Shown here one piece after another: positions 1 through 10,650 of a stretch of 64,000 bases of DNA. The notes under the pieces are model-generated. The model was not told where the DNA came from and did not search any database. It saw only the letters and a list, made by a program, of their open reading frames with translations. Each line of letters begins with the position of its first letter. Position 1 is the first letter of the stretch. Made by a program: the position numbers and the translations under genes. The DNA is from an uncultured Phycisphaerales bacterium (GTDB lineage: Bacteria; Planctomycetota; Phycisphaerae; Sedimentisphaerales; Anaerobacaceae), in assembly GCA_963772725.1 (NCBI GenBank), contig CAVYYI010000002.1, positions 384,001 through 448,000 of the forward strand. Reading direction: 5' to 3'.

Positions 1-1
1 A

Positions 2-749
2 ATGAACCAGGCTATTGGGCAGATACAGCAGGGTTCGAATGAGACTGCCAGGATTGTCAAGGTAATTGATGAGATAGCGTTTCAGACGAATCTGCTTGCT
101 CTTAATGCCGCTGTCGAAGCTGCCCGCGCAGGCGAGTCGGGCAAGGGTTTTGCGGTTGTTGCCGAAGAGGTTCGAAATCTTGCGAAACGTTCGGCGGAAG
201 CGGCAAAGAATACTTCAAATATGATAGAAGAATCCGTAAAGAACGCTAAAAGCGGCGTAGATATAGCAAATGAGGTCGGTAAGGTGTTTAATGAGATAGT
301 GACGGGGATTGGTAAGACGACCGACCTTGTAAGCGAAATTGCAACTGCGTCACAGGAGCAGGCACAGGGTATCGACCAGATTAATACCGCCGTAGCGCAG
401 ATGGATAAAATCACGCAGCAAAATGCGGCAAATGCCGAAGAAAGCGCAGAGCCTCCGAAGAACTTAGCGCCCGGCGGAATCGGTGAAAGGGGTAGTCGAT
501 GAATTGCTTGCACTTGTATGTGGCCTGACGAAATCCGAGGACGGATTAGATAACTCAGCAAAAGGCCATCACAAGACAGGCAAAAGTTCAGGTAAATGGT
601 CGATGACCGACCATCTCTTTCACGACATAATTGATAAGAAAGCGCAGAAGCAAAAAAACGTCATGAGCGATAAGATAAAAGTGAAAAAAATTATCGCCGG
701 TGATGATGGAGATTATGACAAAGAAGGTTTTAAAGAATTCAACTCCTGA
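2..749 (+). CDS. Methyl-accepting chemotaxis protein, C-terminal part (5'-partial; apparent frameshift(s) near 450-485)
   Basis: [37 protein letters not shown] signalling hairpin; tail continues in ORF 483..749. Confidence 0.9.
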
Positions 750-771
750 TATTTGGGTGGCTAGATATGAT

Positions 772-809
772 AATGCCCCAGTCCGGCCAAGCCAGGCTGG
801 GGCATTTTT
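772..809 (+). terminator. Intrinsic terminator after MCP
   Basis: AATGCCCCAG...CTGGGGCATT stem ending in a T-run. Confidence 0.75.
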
Positions 810-812
810 AAT

Positions 813-837
813 GGATACCTGCTTTCGCAGGTATGAC
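813..837. repeat. REP-like palindrome (family shared with 57811..57835)
   Basis: ATACCTGC-TTTC-GCAGGTAT-GAC; same layout as ATTCCCGC-TTTC-GCGGGAAT-GAC. Confidence 0.7.
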
Positions 838-1153
838 AACCCAAAAAGATTGTATTCTACAAAGCACTTTTAAAACTCAAAACCGTCAATTGCTCTGTGT
901 TTCCACAGCAATAATTCACCCAATCCAAGCAGCAAAAGCGTCGCTATTTCAGGAAGCCAAAGCCCGACAACAGTCGCTCCGAACGAATGTGAAGAGCCTG
1001 CTAAAACAGCGACCGCGCAGCGGTCTTCAATTTATTGAAAGAAGGCGGGGTTGCAATCGCACCTTACAAAACTTTTAGCGATATTAGACCGCTTCGCTAT
1101 CAGCGACCAAAATGCAGTTTTTCGCGAACGTGTACAAAATAATTATGTGTTCT

Positions 1154-2758
1154 TTACACAGAAACAACTAAATGCTTTTTAGGAAATAGCGGCCAATCTT
1201 CTTTATGAAGTTCAACTGTTCTTTGAAAAGCCTCAACGACGTCCGGGTCAAAATATATACCGGAGTATGCATCAATTTCTTTAGCCGCAGCCTCTTTCGA
1301 TTGAGCATTGGAATAAATGCGGTCGGAAGTGATTGAGTCAAAGGTGTCAGCTACCCTCAGAATCCGGGCGCCAATAGGTATCTCTTTACCTTTCAATCCG
1401 CCCGGATAGCCGGTGCCATCGTAGTTTTCATGATGATGTTTAATTATACTCAGCTCATGTTTAAAAAACGTAAGTGGGGCTAATATTTTCGCGGCCGCTT
1501 CAGAATGTTTTGTAATTATATAACGCTCCTGCTCAGTTAACGGCGATGTTTTTCCCAGAATATTTTTAGGAATGCTTATTTTACCAAGGTCGTGCAATAA
1601 AGCGGCGGTATGAATGCGTTCAATCAGCTCTGCGGATAAGCCCATTTCTTCGGCTATCGCAACAGCATAGATTTGTACATTATCGGCATGATGAAGCAGA
1701 TAAGGGTCATTCAGGGCCAAATCTATCGTTTTGGCAAACGCCGATATTGTTCCTTTGGCGTGTGATTGCAATTGTCTTGCTAGGGACGAGACTTTTGCCT
1801 GCATTTCCCTGTATTCCCGGCTTTCCGACTGTTCCAAATCTTCGTCAGGATTTATCTGACTCCAGCCGATAACACAGTTTCTCCCTCTTTTCTTGGCGGC
1901 ATAAAGCGCCGCATCTGCCTTTTCAATAAGGTCATTTGAGTCTATAAAGTTATTCGGGTCAACACTGACAAAGCCGATGCTGGTAGTAACGGATACACTC
2001 TGGTTAGAAATTTTCCATTGCCATCGGTCAATAATACTTCTCAATCTCTCGGCTGCCTGAGCGGCTTTTTCGAAAGATGTCGCGGGCATCAGGATGATAA
2101 ATTCTTCGCCGCCATAACGGGCCGCCACATCGAGCGGGTAAATATTTTCCTGAAGAATTTTTCCCATTTGCTTCAAAATTGCGTCACCACCGAGGTGCCC
2201 GTAGGTATCATTTATGCTCTTGAAATGGTCAAGGTCTAATATCATTGCCGATAAGTCATTGCCGCTTATCCTGGCCTGCAGTATTTCGCGTTCAAGTATA
2301 TCAATAAAAGACCGGCGATTAGCCAAACCTGTCAGCTCATCTGTGTTCGCCAGAGAAAGCAGCTTTTCCTGCATTTCTATCATTTGCAGTACCAGGCTGA
2401 TGCGTGCCATAAGTTCACCCTTATTAAAAGGCTTGGTGATGTAGTCAATGGCCCCCATCTCCAAACCTGCAATTTTGTCACACGGCTGGTCCTTGGAAGA
2501 AACAAATATAACCGGAATTGAGGATGTGCGGGTATCTGACTTTAGCCTTTTGCATGCCTCGAATCCATCGATGCCTGGCATCATAATATCCAGCAGAATT
2601 AAATCGGGATGCTGATTTATGGCCAGCTCTATTCCCTGCAAAGCATCAATAGCGGTAAGAGCTGATAGTCCCATTTGTTCCAGATGCGTTCTGAGTAAAA
2701 TAAGATTGGGCTGATTGTCGTCGATAGCCAGTATTTTTCGCTTTTTTTTACTTTCCAT
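1154..2758 (-). CDS. Response regulator with diguanylate cyclase (GGEEF) and HD-GYP phosphodiesterase domains
   Basis: REC (DLILLDIMMP), RYGGEEF, HDLGK and HHENYDGTGYP motifs; start placed at MESKKK. Confidence 0.92.
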   Translation of the reverse strand: MESKKKRKILAIDDNQPNLILLRTHLEQMGLSALTAIDALQGIELAINQHPDLILLDIMMPGIDGFEACKRLKSDTRTSSIPVIFVSSKDQPCDKIAGLEMGAIDYITKPFNKGELMARISLVLQMIEMQEKLLSLANTDELTGLANRRSFIDILEREILQARISGNDLSAMILDLDHFKSINDTYGHLGGDAILKQMGKILQENIYPLDVAARYGGEEFIILMPATSFEKAAQAAERLRSIIDRWQWKISNQSVSVTTSIGFVSVDPNNFIDSNDLIEKADAALYAAKKRGRNCVIGWSQINPDEDLEQSESREYREMQAKVSSLARQLQSHAKGTISAFAKTIDLALNDPYLLHHADNVQIYAVAIAEEMGLSAELIERIHTAALLHDLGKISIPKNILGKTSPLTEQERYIITKHSEAAAKILAPLTFFKHELSIIKHHHENYDGTGYPGGLKGKEIPIGARILRVADTFDSITSDRIYSNAQSKEAAAKEIDAYSGIYFDPDVVEAFQRTVELHKEDWPLFPKKHLVVSV

Positions 2759-2771
2759 ATATTTTTCCGAC

Positions 2772-4952
2772 TTAAGTTGCTGCTGATAATTCCTTTTTAA
2801 CTGTTTGTTGTTTTGCTGTTTCAATCCAATTTGGTTTTGACAGGAATGAAACGAGCTTTTCGAATTCATTTTTTACATCTTCGAACTGCGACAAGGCGGT
2901 ATTGATATCTTTGTTCCTGCCGGCACATTCAAGGTTATAGACACATTCCCGCAAACGGACAGCTCCTATGGTCATAGCGGAACCTTTTAACTTATGGGCA
3001 TAAAGCTGGACATCCTGTAAATTTCGGGCTGTCAGGGCCTGGGCGATTGACTCCATGGTTTTGGGGTCATACTCTATAATTGAATCTGCGATTTCCTTTA
3101 TTATATCTTCCCTGTCACAAATACTTGTTACTACCGACCAGTCAATCAAAGTCTCACATTGTTCCAAGTCTGCTGATTCTTCATCGCAGGTGCATCGATT
3201 CGGCTGTGCATTTTCAGACCCTGTCGAATCGTGTTTTGATTGCTGAACACAAGTTGCCGCCGGCAAATATTTACAAATCGTTTCGTACAGTTTCTGCCGC
3301 TCTATCGGCTTACTTAAATAGCCGTCACAGCCGGCTTCCCTGCATTTCTCTTCATCACCTCGCATTACATTTGCAGTAAGTGCAATAATTGGAGTTTTTA
3401 TGCCTTTTTTTCGTATTGCTTTTGTCATTTCATAGCCATTCATATAAGGCATTTGTATATCCGTTAATATCAGGTCAAATTTCTGAGCAGCAGCTTCCTG
3501 CAGAGCTTGTCTGCCGTCTCCGGATACCATTACTTCAAGTCCCATTTTTCCAAGCAGCAGTTTAATCAGAATCTGATTAGAGGGATTGTCTTCGGCCACG
3601 AGAACTCGACCGGAAAATATATTGTTTAAATTGACATTTGAGTCTTTTGTTGCAATTTCTGCTTTACTTACGCTGTTTTTCTTCGCATCTGGTTCAACCA
3701 TTACCGGTATAATTAACGAAAAAACAGAGCCTTGCCCCCGTGTGCTTTTGACGGCTACCGTCCCACCCAGAAGCTCTGCAAGGCATTTGGTAATTGCCAG
3801 TCCCAGTCCGGTTCCCCCGAATTTACGCGTGGTACTGTTCTCGGCCTGCGTAAAAGCATTGAAGATTAACTGGTGTTTTTCCTGGGAGATACCGATGCCC
3901 GTATCTTCGACGTCGAAACGGATTAAAGGTTTTTCTCTGCCGGGTTCCAGCGATATTTTCAGATATACGTGTCCGCTTGATGTAAATTTGACGGCGTTAT
4001 TTACCAGGTTAATAAGGCACTGACGCAGTCGGTTTGAATCCGTGTAAATTTTGGCGGGTAAATCCGAGTTCCTTAATACCGCCACATCTAATCCTTTTTC
4101 TTTCGCGGATAAATACATCATGGATTCGATATCATTAACTAATTCATCCAGAGAACATTCGGTAATCTCTATTTCAAGTTTTTTAGCTTCAATTTTTGAG
4201 AAATCGAGAATGTCATTCAGCAACACCAAGAGGTTTTTGCCGGATTGACAGATTAATTTAACGTATTCCTGTTGTTTGTCCGTTAATTTTTCATCAGCGA
4301 GAATTTCGCTGAACCCTATTATGGCATTCATTGGCGTTCGTATTTCATGGCTCATATTTGCGAGAAATTCGCTTTTAACCTGGTTAGCTACTATTGCTTC
4401 CTGCGCCATCAGGTTAGCCCGTTCTATGGCGGCTTCGAGCTGCTGATTGACCTGTTCTGTTTGAGTACGCGCCAGCTCGGCCTGTTTTTTTGCCTGCCTG
4501 TGCTCGGTGATTTCATTTTGCAGCCTGGTGTTGGCTGTTTCCAACTCTGTCAGTGTATCTTTCAGCAGGAGCTGGACTCTTACTTTTGCAACTATTTCGT
4601 CTCCGTCAAACGGACCAGCTATATAATCATCCGCACCAGCCTCGTAAAATTTTAACGGTGACAGATTTGCTTCTTTTCCTGAGACAATAATAACCTGGAC
4701 AAATTTATTGCTGATATCGGATTTAATATTTCGACAGATTTCATAACTGTTGACGTTTGGAGACGTAACATTAAGCAATACCAGGTCGGGTCTGAATTTT
4801 GAAATTTCATTTATGCAATCATGACTGTCGTTTGTGATTTTCAAGTCGTATTTATCGTGCAGTGTTTCACGGAGAATAACCACGCCTGCGTTTTCATTAC
4901 CGATTATTAATATTCGCTTTTTTATACCGTCTTTCATAAAATGATTCTGCAA
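2772..4952 (-). CDS. Hybrid histidine kinase (REC-HisKA-HATPase-REC-Hpt)
   Basis: [48 protein letters not shown]. Confidence 0.93.
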   Translation of the reverse strand: MQNHFMKDGIKKRILIIGNENAGVVILRETLHDKYDLKITNDSHDCINEISKFRPDLVLLNVTSPNVNSYEICRNIKSDISNKFVQVIIVSGKEANLSPLKFYEAGADDYIAGPFDGDEIVAKVRVQLLLKDTLTELETANTRLQNEITEHRQAKKQAELARTQTEQVNQQLEAAIERANLMAQEAIVANQVKSEFLANMSHEIRTPMNAIIGFSEILADEKLTDKQQEYVKLICQSGKNLLVLLNDILDFSKIEAKKLEIEITECSLDELVNDIESMMYLSAKEKGLDVAVLRNSDLPAKIYTDSNRLRQCLINLVNNAVKFTSSGHVYLKISLEPGREKPLIRFDVEDTGIGISQEKHQLIFNAFTQAENSTTRKFGGTGLGLAITKCLAELLGGTVAVKSTRGQGSVFSLIIPVMVEPDAKKNSVSKAEIATKDSNVNLNNIFSGRVLVAEDNPSNQILIKLLLGKMGLEVMVSGDGRQALQEAAAQKFDLILTDIQMPYMNGYEMTKAIRKKGIKTPIIALTANVMRGDEEKCREAGCDGYLSKPIERQKLYETICKYLPAATCVQQSKHDSTGSENAQPNRCTCDEESADLEQCETLIDWSVVTSICDREDIIKEIADSIIEYDPKTMESIAQALTARNLQDVQLYAHKLKGSAMTIGAVRLRECVYNLECAGRNKDINTALSQFEDVKNEFEKLVSFLSKPNWIETAKQQTVKKELSAAT

Positions 4953-5150
4953 TTAATTGCAGGCGATAACACCATAATCCTTTGGAAATATCACTATTTA
5001 TAGAATAATCGGCAAAATCATAACGACACTTTTTCCGGGCAGCATTTGTATCCAGGAAAATTGATGCATCTGCTGTTATGTATATTAAGTCCGAAGCTTT
5101 TATCGGTCGTTGCGCAACTGCATGAAAGTATTTGTAATGTAGCCCATTTA

Positions 5151-5178
5151 TTATCGGCACCATAAGCTGTAGAATTGA
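5151..5178 (-). promoter_or_regulatory. Possible sigma28 (FliA)-type promoter upstream of the kinase operon
   Basis: Perfect GCCGATAA -10 element on the minus strand, weak TCAA -35; second ACCGATAA near 5100. Confidence 0.35.
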
Positions 5179-5228
5179 GGCGGAATATTAAAATCCATAA
5201 CTAATGTGAAAAATCTGAGACTATAATA

Positions 5229-5267
5229 GTCGTCCCTGAAAAAGTAAGTCTCAATTTCAGGGACGAC
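5229..5267. mobile_element. 39-bp miniature derivative of the IS5 element at 10651..12137
   Basis: GTCGTCCCTGAAAAAGTA...TTTCAGGGACGAC, matching the IS ends, flanked by TA on both sides. Confidence 0.8.
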
Positions 5268-5367
5268 TATATAGTACCCATTTTCCTTAGAGGCATGCTC
5301 TGGTATGAGGGAATCGGCGTTTGAACCCAGTTTGAGCCCAAAAAATCCTTGATTACCAGGTCTCTTA

Positions 5368-6402
5368 ATGTTAAACTATTCAGATATGAGCATTAGAGAA
5401 AAAGATACAGGTAATCAACATAAAGGTGGTGTTACTAATTACCGAAAATCTGAACTTACCCACAGGGTGATAGATGCCATTTGCGGCAGCAATACAAATA
5501 GAACTGAACCTGTATGTGAAATATGCAGGCAAAAGCATCATCCGTTAGTGCCTTGTTTAAAAGTGGAAGCGGTCGCGAAACCCGCCATCAAGCCCTCGAT
5601 AAATTCCGGCATGGAAACAGCGAATAATGCCCAAAGTGCACAAGAGGCTCCGTGGCGGCTTTTAGCACAAGCGGAACAGAAGGCAACGAGCTACACCAAA
5701 AAACTTTCAAAAGTAAGAATAGCGGCAGCCAAACGTTTAGCGAGGGTAAAATCGGAACTGGAGACAAAAGCCAGAGACTATGCTGATTCTGTAATCAGAG
5801 TAAAATCTGAAGCTTTGGAGTCACTGGCAAAACAAAAAGAAGAAATGGAAGCACAGGCCGCTGAGACAGCAGCTATGATTAGGGCGGAAGCGGAACAAAA
5901 AATTTTGGCTCAATGCGCAAAATCAGAAGAAAAAATCAGGGAATACCGTACTTTACTCGACCAGGCACAGGCTGGCACCGAAGATAAGCTGAATACTATC
6001 AGTAAGGAAAAGGGCGAACTTGAGGAAAAGTTGAACACCCAAATCGAAGCACGAAATAGATTAGAAGTTTTAATAAAGCAGGAGCAGGATGCAAGAGCAG
6101 ATAGTGAGAAAAAACTTGACGCTTATCGCCAGCGAATAACTGAAATTGAAAAACAGATGCAGCTCGATGAAGCCCAAAAAAATGTCAAGGCAGAATCTTC
6201 ACAGAAAATAGAAGTAGAAATACCTGGAACCGCGTCTGCAGAGACACGGATAGCGGAGCCGGCGAATACGGATGTCAAAACTGGTACGTGTGAATGCTGC
6301 GGCACGAGCAATATTAAAGAAAGGAATTTGGTCAGAATTGACTCGGGTCAACTCTTTTGCCCGGTTTGTTACGAGGCTTTAAAGGGCAGCTCGGTTTCCT
6401 AA
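5368..6402 (+). CDS. Hypothetical coiled-coil protein with Cys/His clusters at both ends
   Basis: Long Ala/Glu/Lys heptad region; CEICRQKHHP and CECCG...CPVC; start uncertain. Confidence 0.65.
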   Translation: MLNYSDMSIREKDTGNQHKGGVTNYRKSELTHRVIDAICGSNTNRTEPVCEICRQKHHPLVPCLKVEAVAKPAIKPSINSGMETANNAQSAQEAPWRLLAQAEQKATSYTKKLSKVRIAAAKRLARVKSELETKARDYADSVIRVKSEALESLAKQKEEMEAQAAETAAMIRAEAEQKILAQCAKSEEKIREYRTLLDQAQAGTEDKLNTISKEKGELEEKLNTQIEARNRLEVLIKQEQDARADSEKKLDAYRQRITEIEKQMQLDEAQKNVKAESSQKIEVEIPGTASAETRIAEPANTDVKTGTCECCGTSNIKERNLVRIDSGQLFCPVCYEALKGSSVS

Positions 6403-6595
6403 CGCGTGCGGTTCATAGACTCGTTTCAAATTCAAAAGTTTTCCAATTCTATGACCATTTAACCGGCATTTTTGCGAAATGTTTTCTAAAATCAATCCGG
6501 TAAAATTTGTGTTTTTTTGAATTTCTTGATTTACAAGCTGAAAGTATGTATAATCCGGCGAATAGTTTTGGAAGCATTTTTGAAAGGAATTAAAA

Positions 6596-7054
6596 ATGAA
6601 TCAAAAAGTTGTACAGGCGATTATCGCAATAGTCGGACTCGGAGTCGGTCTGACACTTGGTGTAATGATTGCAAATTCAAAGGGCAAAACAGCGATTGCC
6701 GATTTGCAGTCAAAACTGGAGCAGTCAGAGGCAGCGTCGCAGGAAAAAATCCGTAATTACGACGCCACTGTAAGTCGATTAAACAATGAACTGCAGCAGG
6801 CCAAAGTCGAGCTTGAAAAACTTAGTTCCCCAGTCGCACCAACAGCAGAGGCAGCGACCGCCGCATCAGGCGACAACTCTATTCCAGGCACTGTAAAGCT
6901 ATACACCGTAAAAAATGGTGACAGCCTCTGGAAAATCGCTCAAAGTCAGCTTGGTGATGGCAATCGTTTCAGGGAAATACTCAAACTGAACCCCAATATT
7001 TCCGCTAACGATAATCTCGCTATCGGCACCAATTTGAAAATTCCGGCTAAATAA
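6596..7054 (+). CDS. Membrane-anchored LysM domain protein
   Basis: N-terminal TM helix, coiled coil, YTVKNGDSLWKIA...ILKLN LysM motif. Confidence 0.88.
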   Translation: MNQKVVQAIIAIVGLGVGLTLGVMIANSKGKTAIADLQSKLEQSEAASQEKIRNYDATVSRLNNELQQAKVELEKLSSPVAPTAEAATAASGDNSIPGTVKLYTVKNGDSLWKIAQSQLGDGNRFREILKLNPNISANDNLAIGTNLKIPAK

Positions 7055-7203
7055 AAACTTTAATCTGTTTAATTTATAAGCAGATATAATCGCCAGTTGG
7101 GTTGTGTCTCAACCCCATTGTGAGTTTTTTGTCAACCGATATTGGTGGATTAACGACTCTATCCTAACCATTTTTAATTTATGTACTTAAGTTTTGATAT
7201 AAT

Positions 7204-8178
7204 ATGAAAGTTTTGGAAAATATATCTGAACTTGAAACGATAAAGAAACGCAGCATCCTGAGCATCGGGAATTTTGACGGCGTTCACACAGGCCACCGGG
7301 AAATCCTGTCAGCGGCGAAAAAAATCGCTGTTGAAAAAGGGGTGGAATTAACGGCGATGACATTTGAGCCGCACCCTGTGGCTGTTTTATATCCTGAAAG
7401 AGCGCCAGGTGTATTGACACCCCTTGGAATGAAAAAACTTCTGCTGGCGGAGAGCGGCGTTGACTGTCTGATAGTGTTAAAAAGTACGCACGAACTGCTG
7501 AGCCTTTCACCATACGCATTTTTGAAGCAGTTTCTGACCCGAAAAATCCAGCCGCAAACGGTAGTCGAGGGCGACGATTTCAACTTCGGAGCAGAGCGCA
7601 GCGGCTCGATGCAGACACTTCAGGAAATGGCAGGCAATAATGGTTTCGATGTCGTCATCGTTGCTCCCAAGGAAATCCGGCTTTCGACAGGGCAAAAAGT
7701 CAGGGTTTCAAGCACGATAATTCGCTATATGCTCGAAAGCGGTCACGCGGTCGACGCGGCGGCGGCACTGGGCAGGCCATATCGCCTCACCGGCCTGATT
7801 ATTACGGGCAAAGGCAAGGGAAGACAACTCGGCTTTCCAACGGCGAATATGCAGATACCCAAACAGATTATCCCTGCCCAAGGGGTTTACGCAGGCTTAG
7901 TTGAAATCGGTGAAAGCTTCGAGGCGGCCTGTACGCATAATGAAAAGATACCGGCGGTTTTCAGTATTGGTCAGGCCAGAACTTTCGGTGAGGAATACCC
8001 GCTTTTGATAGAAGCGCATCTGCTTAAAAATAACATAGGGAATTTGGCGGGAAAATGGATGTCGATGGACTTTCTCGAATACCTGCGCAGCCAGCGTAAG
8101 TTTAAAACTGAAAAGGAACTGAGCGAGCAGATAGCCAAAGACTGCGAAAAAACCAGGCAATTCATACAAGATATCTAA
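7204..8178 (+). CDS. ribF: Bifunctional riboflavin kinase/FAD synthetase
   Basis: IGNFDGVHTGH, SSTIIR, GRQLGFPTAN, IEAH. Confidence 0.95.
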   Translation: MKVLENISELETIKKRSILSIGNFDGVHTGHREILSAAKKIAVEKGVELTAMTFEPHPVAVLYPERAPGVLTPLGMKKLLLAESGVDCLIVLKSTHELLSLSPYAFLKQFLTRKIQPQTVVEGDDFNFGAERSGSMQTLQEMAGNNGFDVVIVAPKEIRLSTGQKVRVSSTIIRYMLESGHAVDAAAALGRPYRLTGLIITGKGKGRQLGFPTANMQIPKQIIPAQGVYAGLVEIGESFEAACTHNEKIPAVFSIGQARTFGEEYPLLIEAHLLKNNIGNLAGKWMSMDFLEYLRSQRKFKTEKELSEQIAKDCEKTRQFIQDI

Positions 8179-8260
8179 GCGGAAATTGTATTTGCAAAAT
8201 TGTCTGGTTTGGTTATACTTATAGCGTTAATCCCCGCCCTTTTTTGAAAGGATGCAGAAA

Positions 8261-8746
8261 ATGTCGCAAAAGGACAGCGATATACAGAAAATAAAAGAGT
8301 TAATCGACATAATGAAGGATAATGACCTCGCTGAGATTGAAATTCAGCACGGCACTGATAAGGTTTTGTTGAGGCGTTCCGAGCCTCATCACAACACGAT
8401 GGTAACATCAATGCCGATGATTGGAGGGGGTATTCCGGCTATGCACGCGGGTGCTGAAGCGGGCCACGGGATAAGCAAAGCAAATTCCCCTGAGAGCGAA
8501 AAAGGACTGTTAGAAATAAAGTCCCCCATTGTCGGCACATTTTATTCTGCGCCGAGTCCGGATTCGGAACCCTATATCGAGCAAGGCTCACAGGTCAATC
8601 CCAATACCGTAGTCTGTATAATTGAAGCGATGAAGGTGATGAATGAGATAAAGGCTGAAACCAGCGGCACAATCACCCAGATACTTGTAACCAACGGCCA
8701 GGCGGTGGAATACGGCCAGGTACTTTTCAAGTTTAGGCCAGAGTAA
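8261..8746 (+). CDS. accB: Acetyl-CoA carboxylase biotin carboxyl carrier protein
   Basis: [15 protein letters not shown] biotinylation motif. Confidence 0.95.
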   Translation: MSQKDSDIQKIKELIDIMKDNDLAEIEIQHGTDKVLLRRSEPHHNTMVTSMPMIGGGIPAMHAGAEAGHGISKANSPESEKGLLEIKSPIVGTFYSAPSPDSEPYIEQGSQVNPNTVVCIIEAMKVMNEIKAETSGTITQILVTNGQAVEYGQVLFKFRPE

Positions 8747-8800
8747 AATTTAGACGCGGATTTACACAGATAAACACTAAAAAATTAACCTAATTTAACT

Positions 8801-10138
8801 ATGTTTTCAAGAATCCTGATAGCAAATCGTGGTGAAATAGCATTGCGTATCATACGGGCTTGTCATGAGCTTGGCGTTGAGGCGGTAGCGGTCTATTCGG
8901 AAGCGGATAAAGACGCCCCCTATCTGAAACTTGCCGATGAGGCCATTTGTATAGGCCCGGCCCCTGCCAGTGAAAGCTATTTAAATATCGCGCACATCAT
9001 AAGCGCCGCGGAAATTGCCGACGTTGAGGCGATTCATCCGGGTTATGGTTTTCTGGCAGAGAACGCACATTTCGCCGAGATATGCAAAGACTGCGGCATA
9101 ACTTTTATCGGGCCGCCGGTTGAAGCGATGCGGCTGCTCGGCGACAAGGTACAGGCACGCAAGCTCGCGAGCAAGACAAATGTGCCTATTTCACCCGGTT
9201 CAGACGGTGCAATCGAGGATGAATCCGAGGCGCTGAAACTCGCTAACAAAATCGGCTACCCGGTAATGATTAAGGCTGCCGCAGGCGGCGGCGGACGGGG
9301 AATGAGAATCGCGCATAACGACATCAGTTTTCGTCAGGCTTTTAACGCGGCGCATACCGAAGCGGCGGCAGCATTCGGCGACGGCAGAGTTTATCTCGAA
9401 AAATATATCGTTGAGCCGCGGCACGTCGAGGTGCAGGTGCTGGCGGACAAGTTCGGAAATGTTGTGCATTTTTACGAAAGGGACTGTACCATTCAGCGCA
9501 GACACCAGAAGATGATTGAGGAGTCACCGTGTCCGGTACTGGATAAACGCACGCGCGAGGAGCTTTGCCAGTCAGCCATCAGAATTATAAAAGCCGCCGA
9601 CTACAATAGCGCCGGAACTGTCGAATTTCTCTTGGATAAAGATAAAAACTTTTACTTCATCGAGGTCAATACCCGAATCCAGGTCGAACATACCGTTACA
9701 GAGATGGTTACCGGCCAGGACTTAATCAAGTGGCAGCTCAGAATCGCCAACGGCGAGAAGATAGATATCAGTCAAAGAGATATAAAGCTTGACGGCGTCG
9801 CCATAGAGTGCCGCATTAACGCCGAGGACCCTGCAAATAATTTCTCGCCTTGTCCCGGCACAATTACAAAATATATTCCCGCCGGCGGCCCGGGCGTAAG
9901 AATCGATACACACGTCTGCCAGGGCTGGACCGTTTCACCAAACTACGACTCAATGATTGCCAAACTAATAGTGCATCGCCCAACCCGCACCGAAGCGATT
10001 GCCACTATGAAAAGGGCTTTGAGCGAATTTACCATTGAGCCGATTAAAACAACCATCCCAGCCTGCCTGAATATTCTTTCGCACAACCTCTTTGTCAAAA
10101 GCAAAATCGACACAAGCTTCGTCGAACGAAATTTCTAA
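8801..10138 (+). CDS. accC: Biotin carboxylase
   Basis: [36 protein letters not shown]. Confidence 0.97.
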   Translation: MFSRILIANRGEIALRIIRACHELGVEAVAVYSEADKDAPYLKLADEAICIGPAPASESYLNIAHIISAAEIADVEAIHPGYGFLAENAHFAEICKDCGITFIGPPVEAMRLLGDKVQARKLASKTNVPISPGSDGAIEDESEALKLANKIGYPVMIKAAAGGGGRGMRIAHNDISFRQAFNAAHTEAAAAFGDGRVYLEKYIVEPRHVEVQVLADKFGNVVHFYERDCTIQRRHQKMIEESPCPVLDKRTREELCQSAIRIIKAADYNSAGTVEFLLDKDKNFYFIEVNTRIQVEHTVTEMVTGQDLIKWQLRIANGEKIDISQRDIKLDGVAIECRINAEDPANNFSPCPGTITKYIPAGGPGVRIDTHVCQGWTVSPNYDSMIAKLIVHRPTRTEAIATMKRALSEFTIEPIKTTIPACLNILSHNLFVKSKIDTSFVERNF

Positions 10139-10207
10139 ATTAGCTACAGATGTTTCTTAGACACGAATTAATATGGATTAACACTGTTTTGTTACATCGA
10201 CACTTTT

Positions 10208-10645
10208 TCAGAAACATAGGCTGCACAATTGGTCTTCTATCTGAACATAAAATTTAGATTTAAACTTGCAGAAATGCTTTATCGGATAGGTTTCCTTTTC
10301 CAAATCAGGTATATATTTAGTCGCTGCCCGCAGGTCGAAAAGAAAACACATTTCACCTGTCTGCTGAGATAACGCATAGAATGTACCATCTGCTGTACGT
10401 ATCCAGATTAGCTGGTCATTTAAGACATAGGGTTCGGGTGACCATGTCGCATTCCCTTTACTAAAAGGCACATTTATTTCCCACAGCCACTCACCAGATT
10501 TAAGATTTATAGCTCCGAATTTATACCCATCATAATTGTCGTGTTTAGTTTGCATAAAAGCAATTTGGTTATCATTGATCAAAACTTTTGAGTGAGCATT
10601 TATATCGTAAGCATTTACAACAGACCAATTGGACAAATCGAACAT
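10208..10645 (-). pseudogene. PQQ-like beta-propeller protein fragment, cut at its 5' side by IS5
   Basis: AINLKSGEWLW and ALSQQTGE repeats; IS end lies 5 bp upstream. Confidence 0.55.
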
Positions 10646-10650
10646 AAGTA

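Noticed and set aside
833..1078. 81-aa ORF after the MCP terminator
   Set aside because: Starts inside a REP palindrome, with no RBS or recognisable motif
4953..5220. c-di-GMP riboswitch upstream of the signalling operon
   Set aside because: GGCAAA is present but without the paired stems and GNRA/receptor motifs
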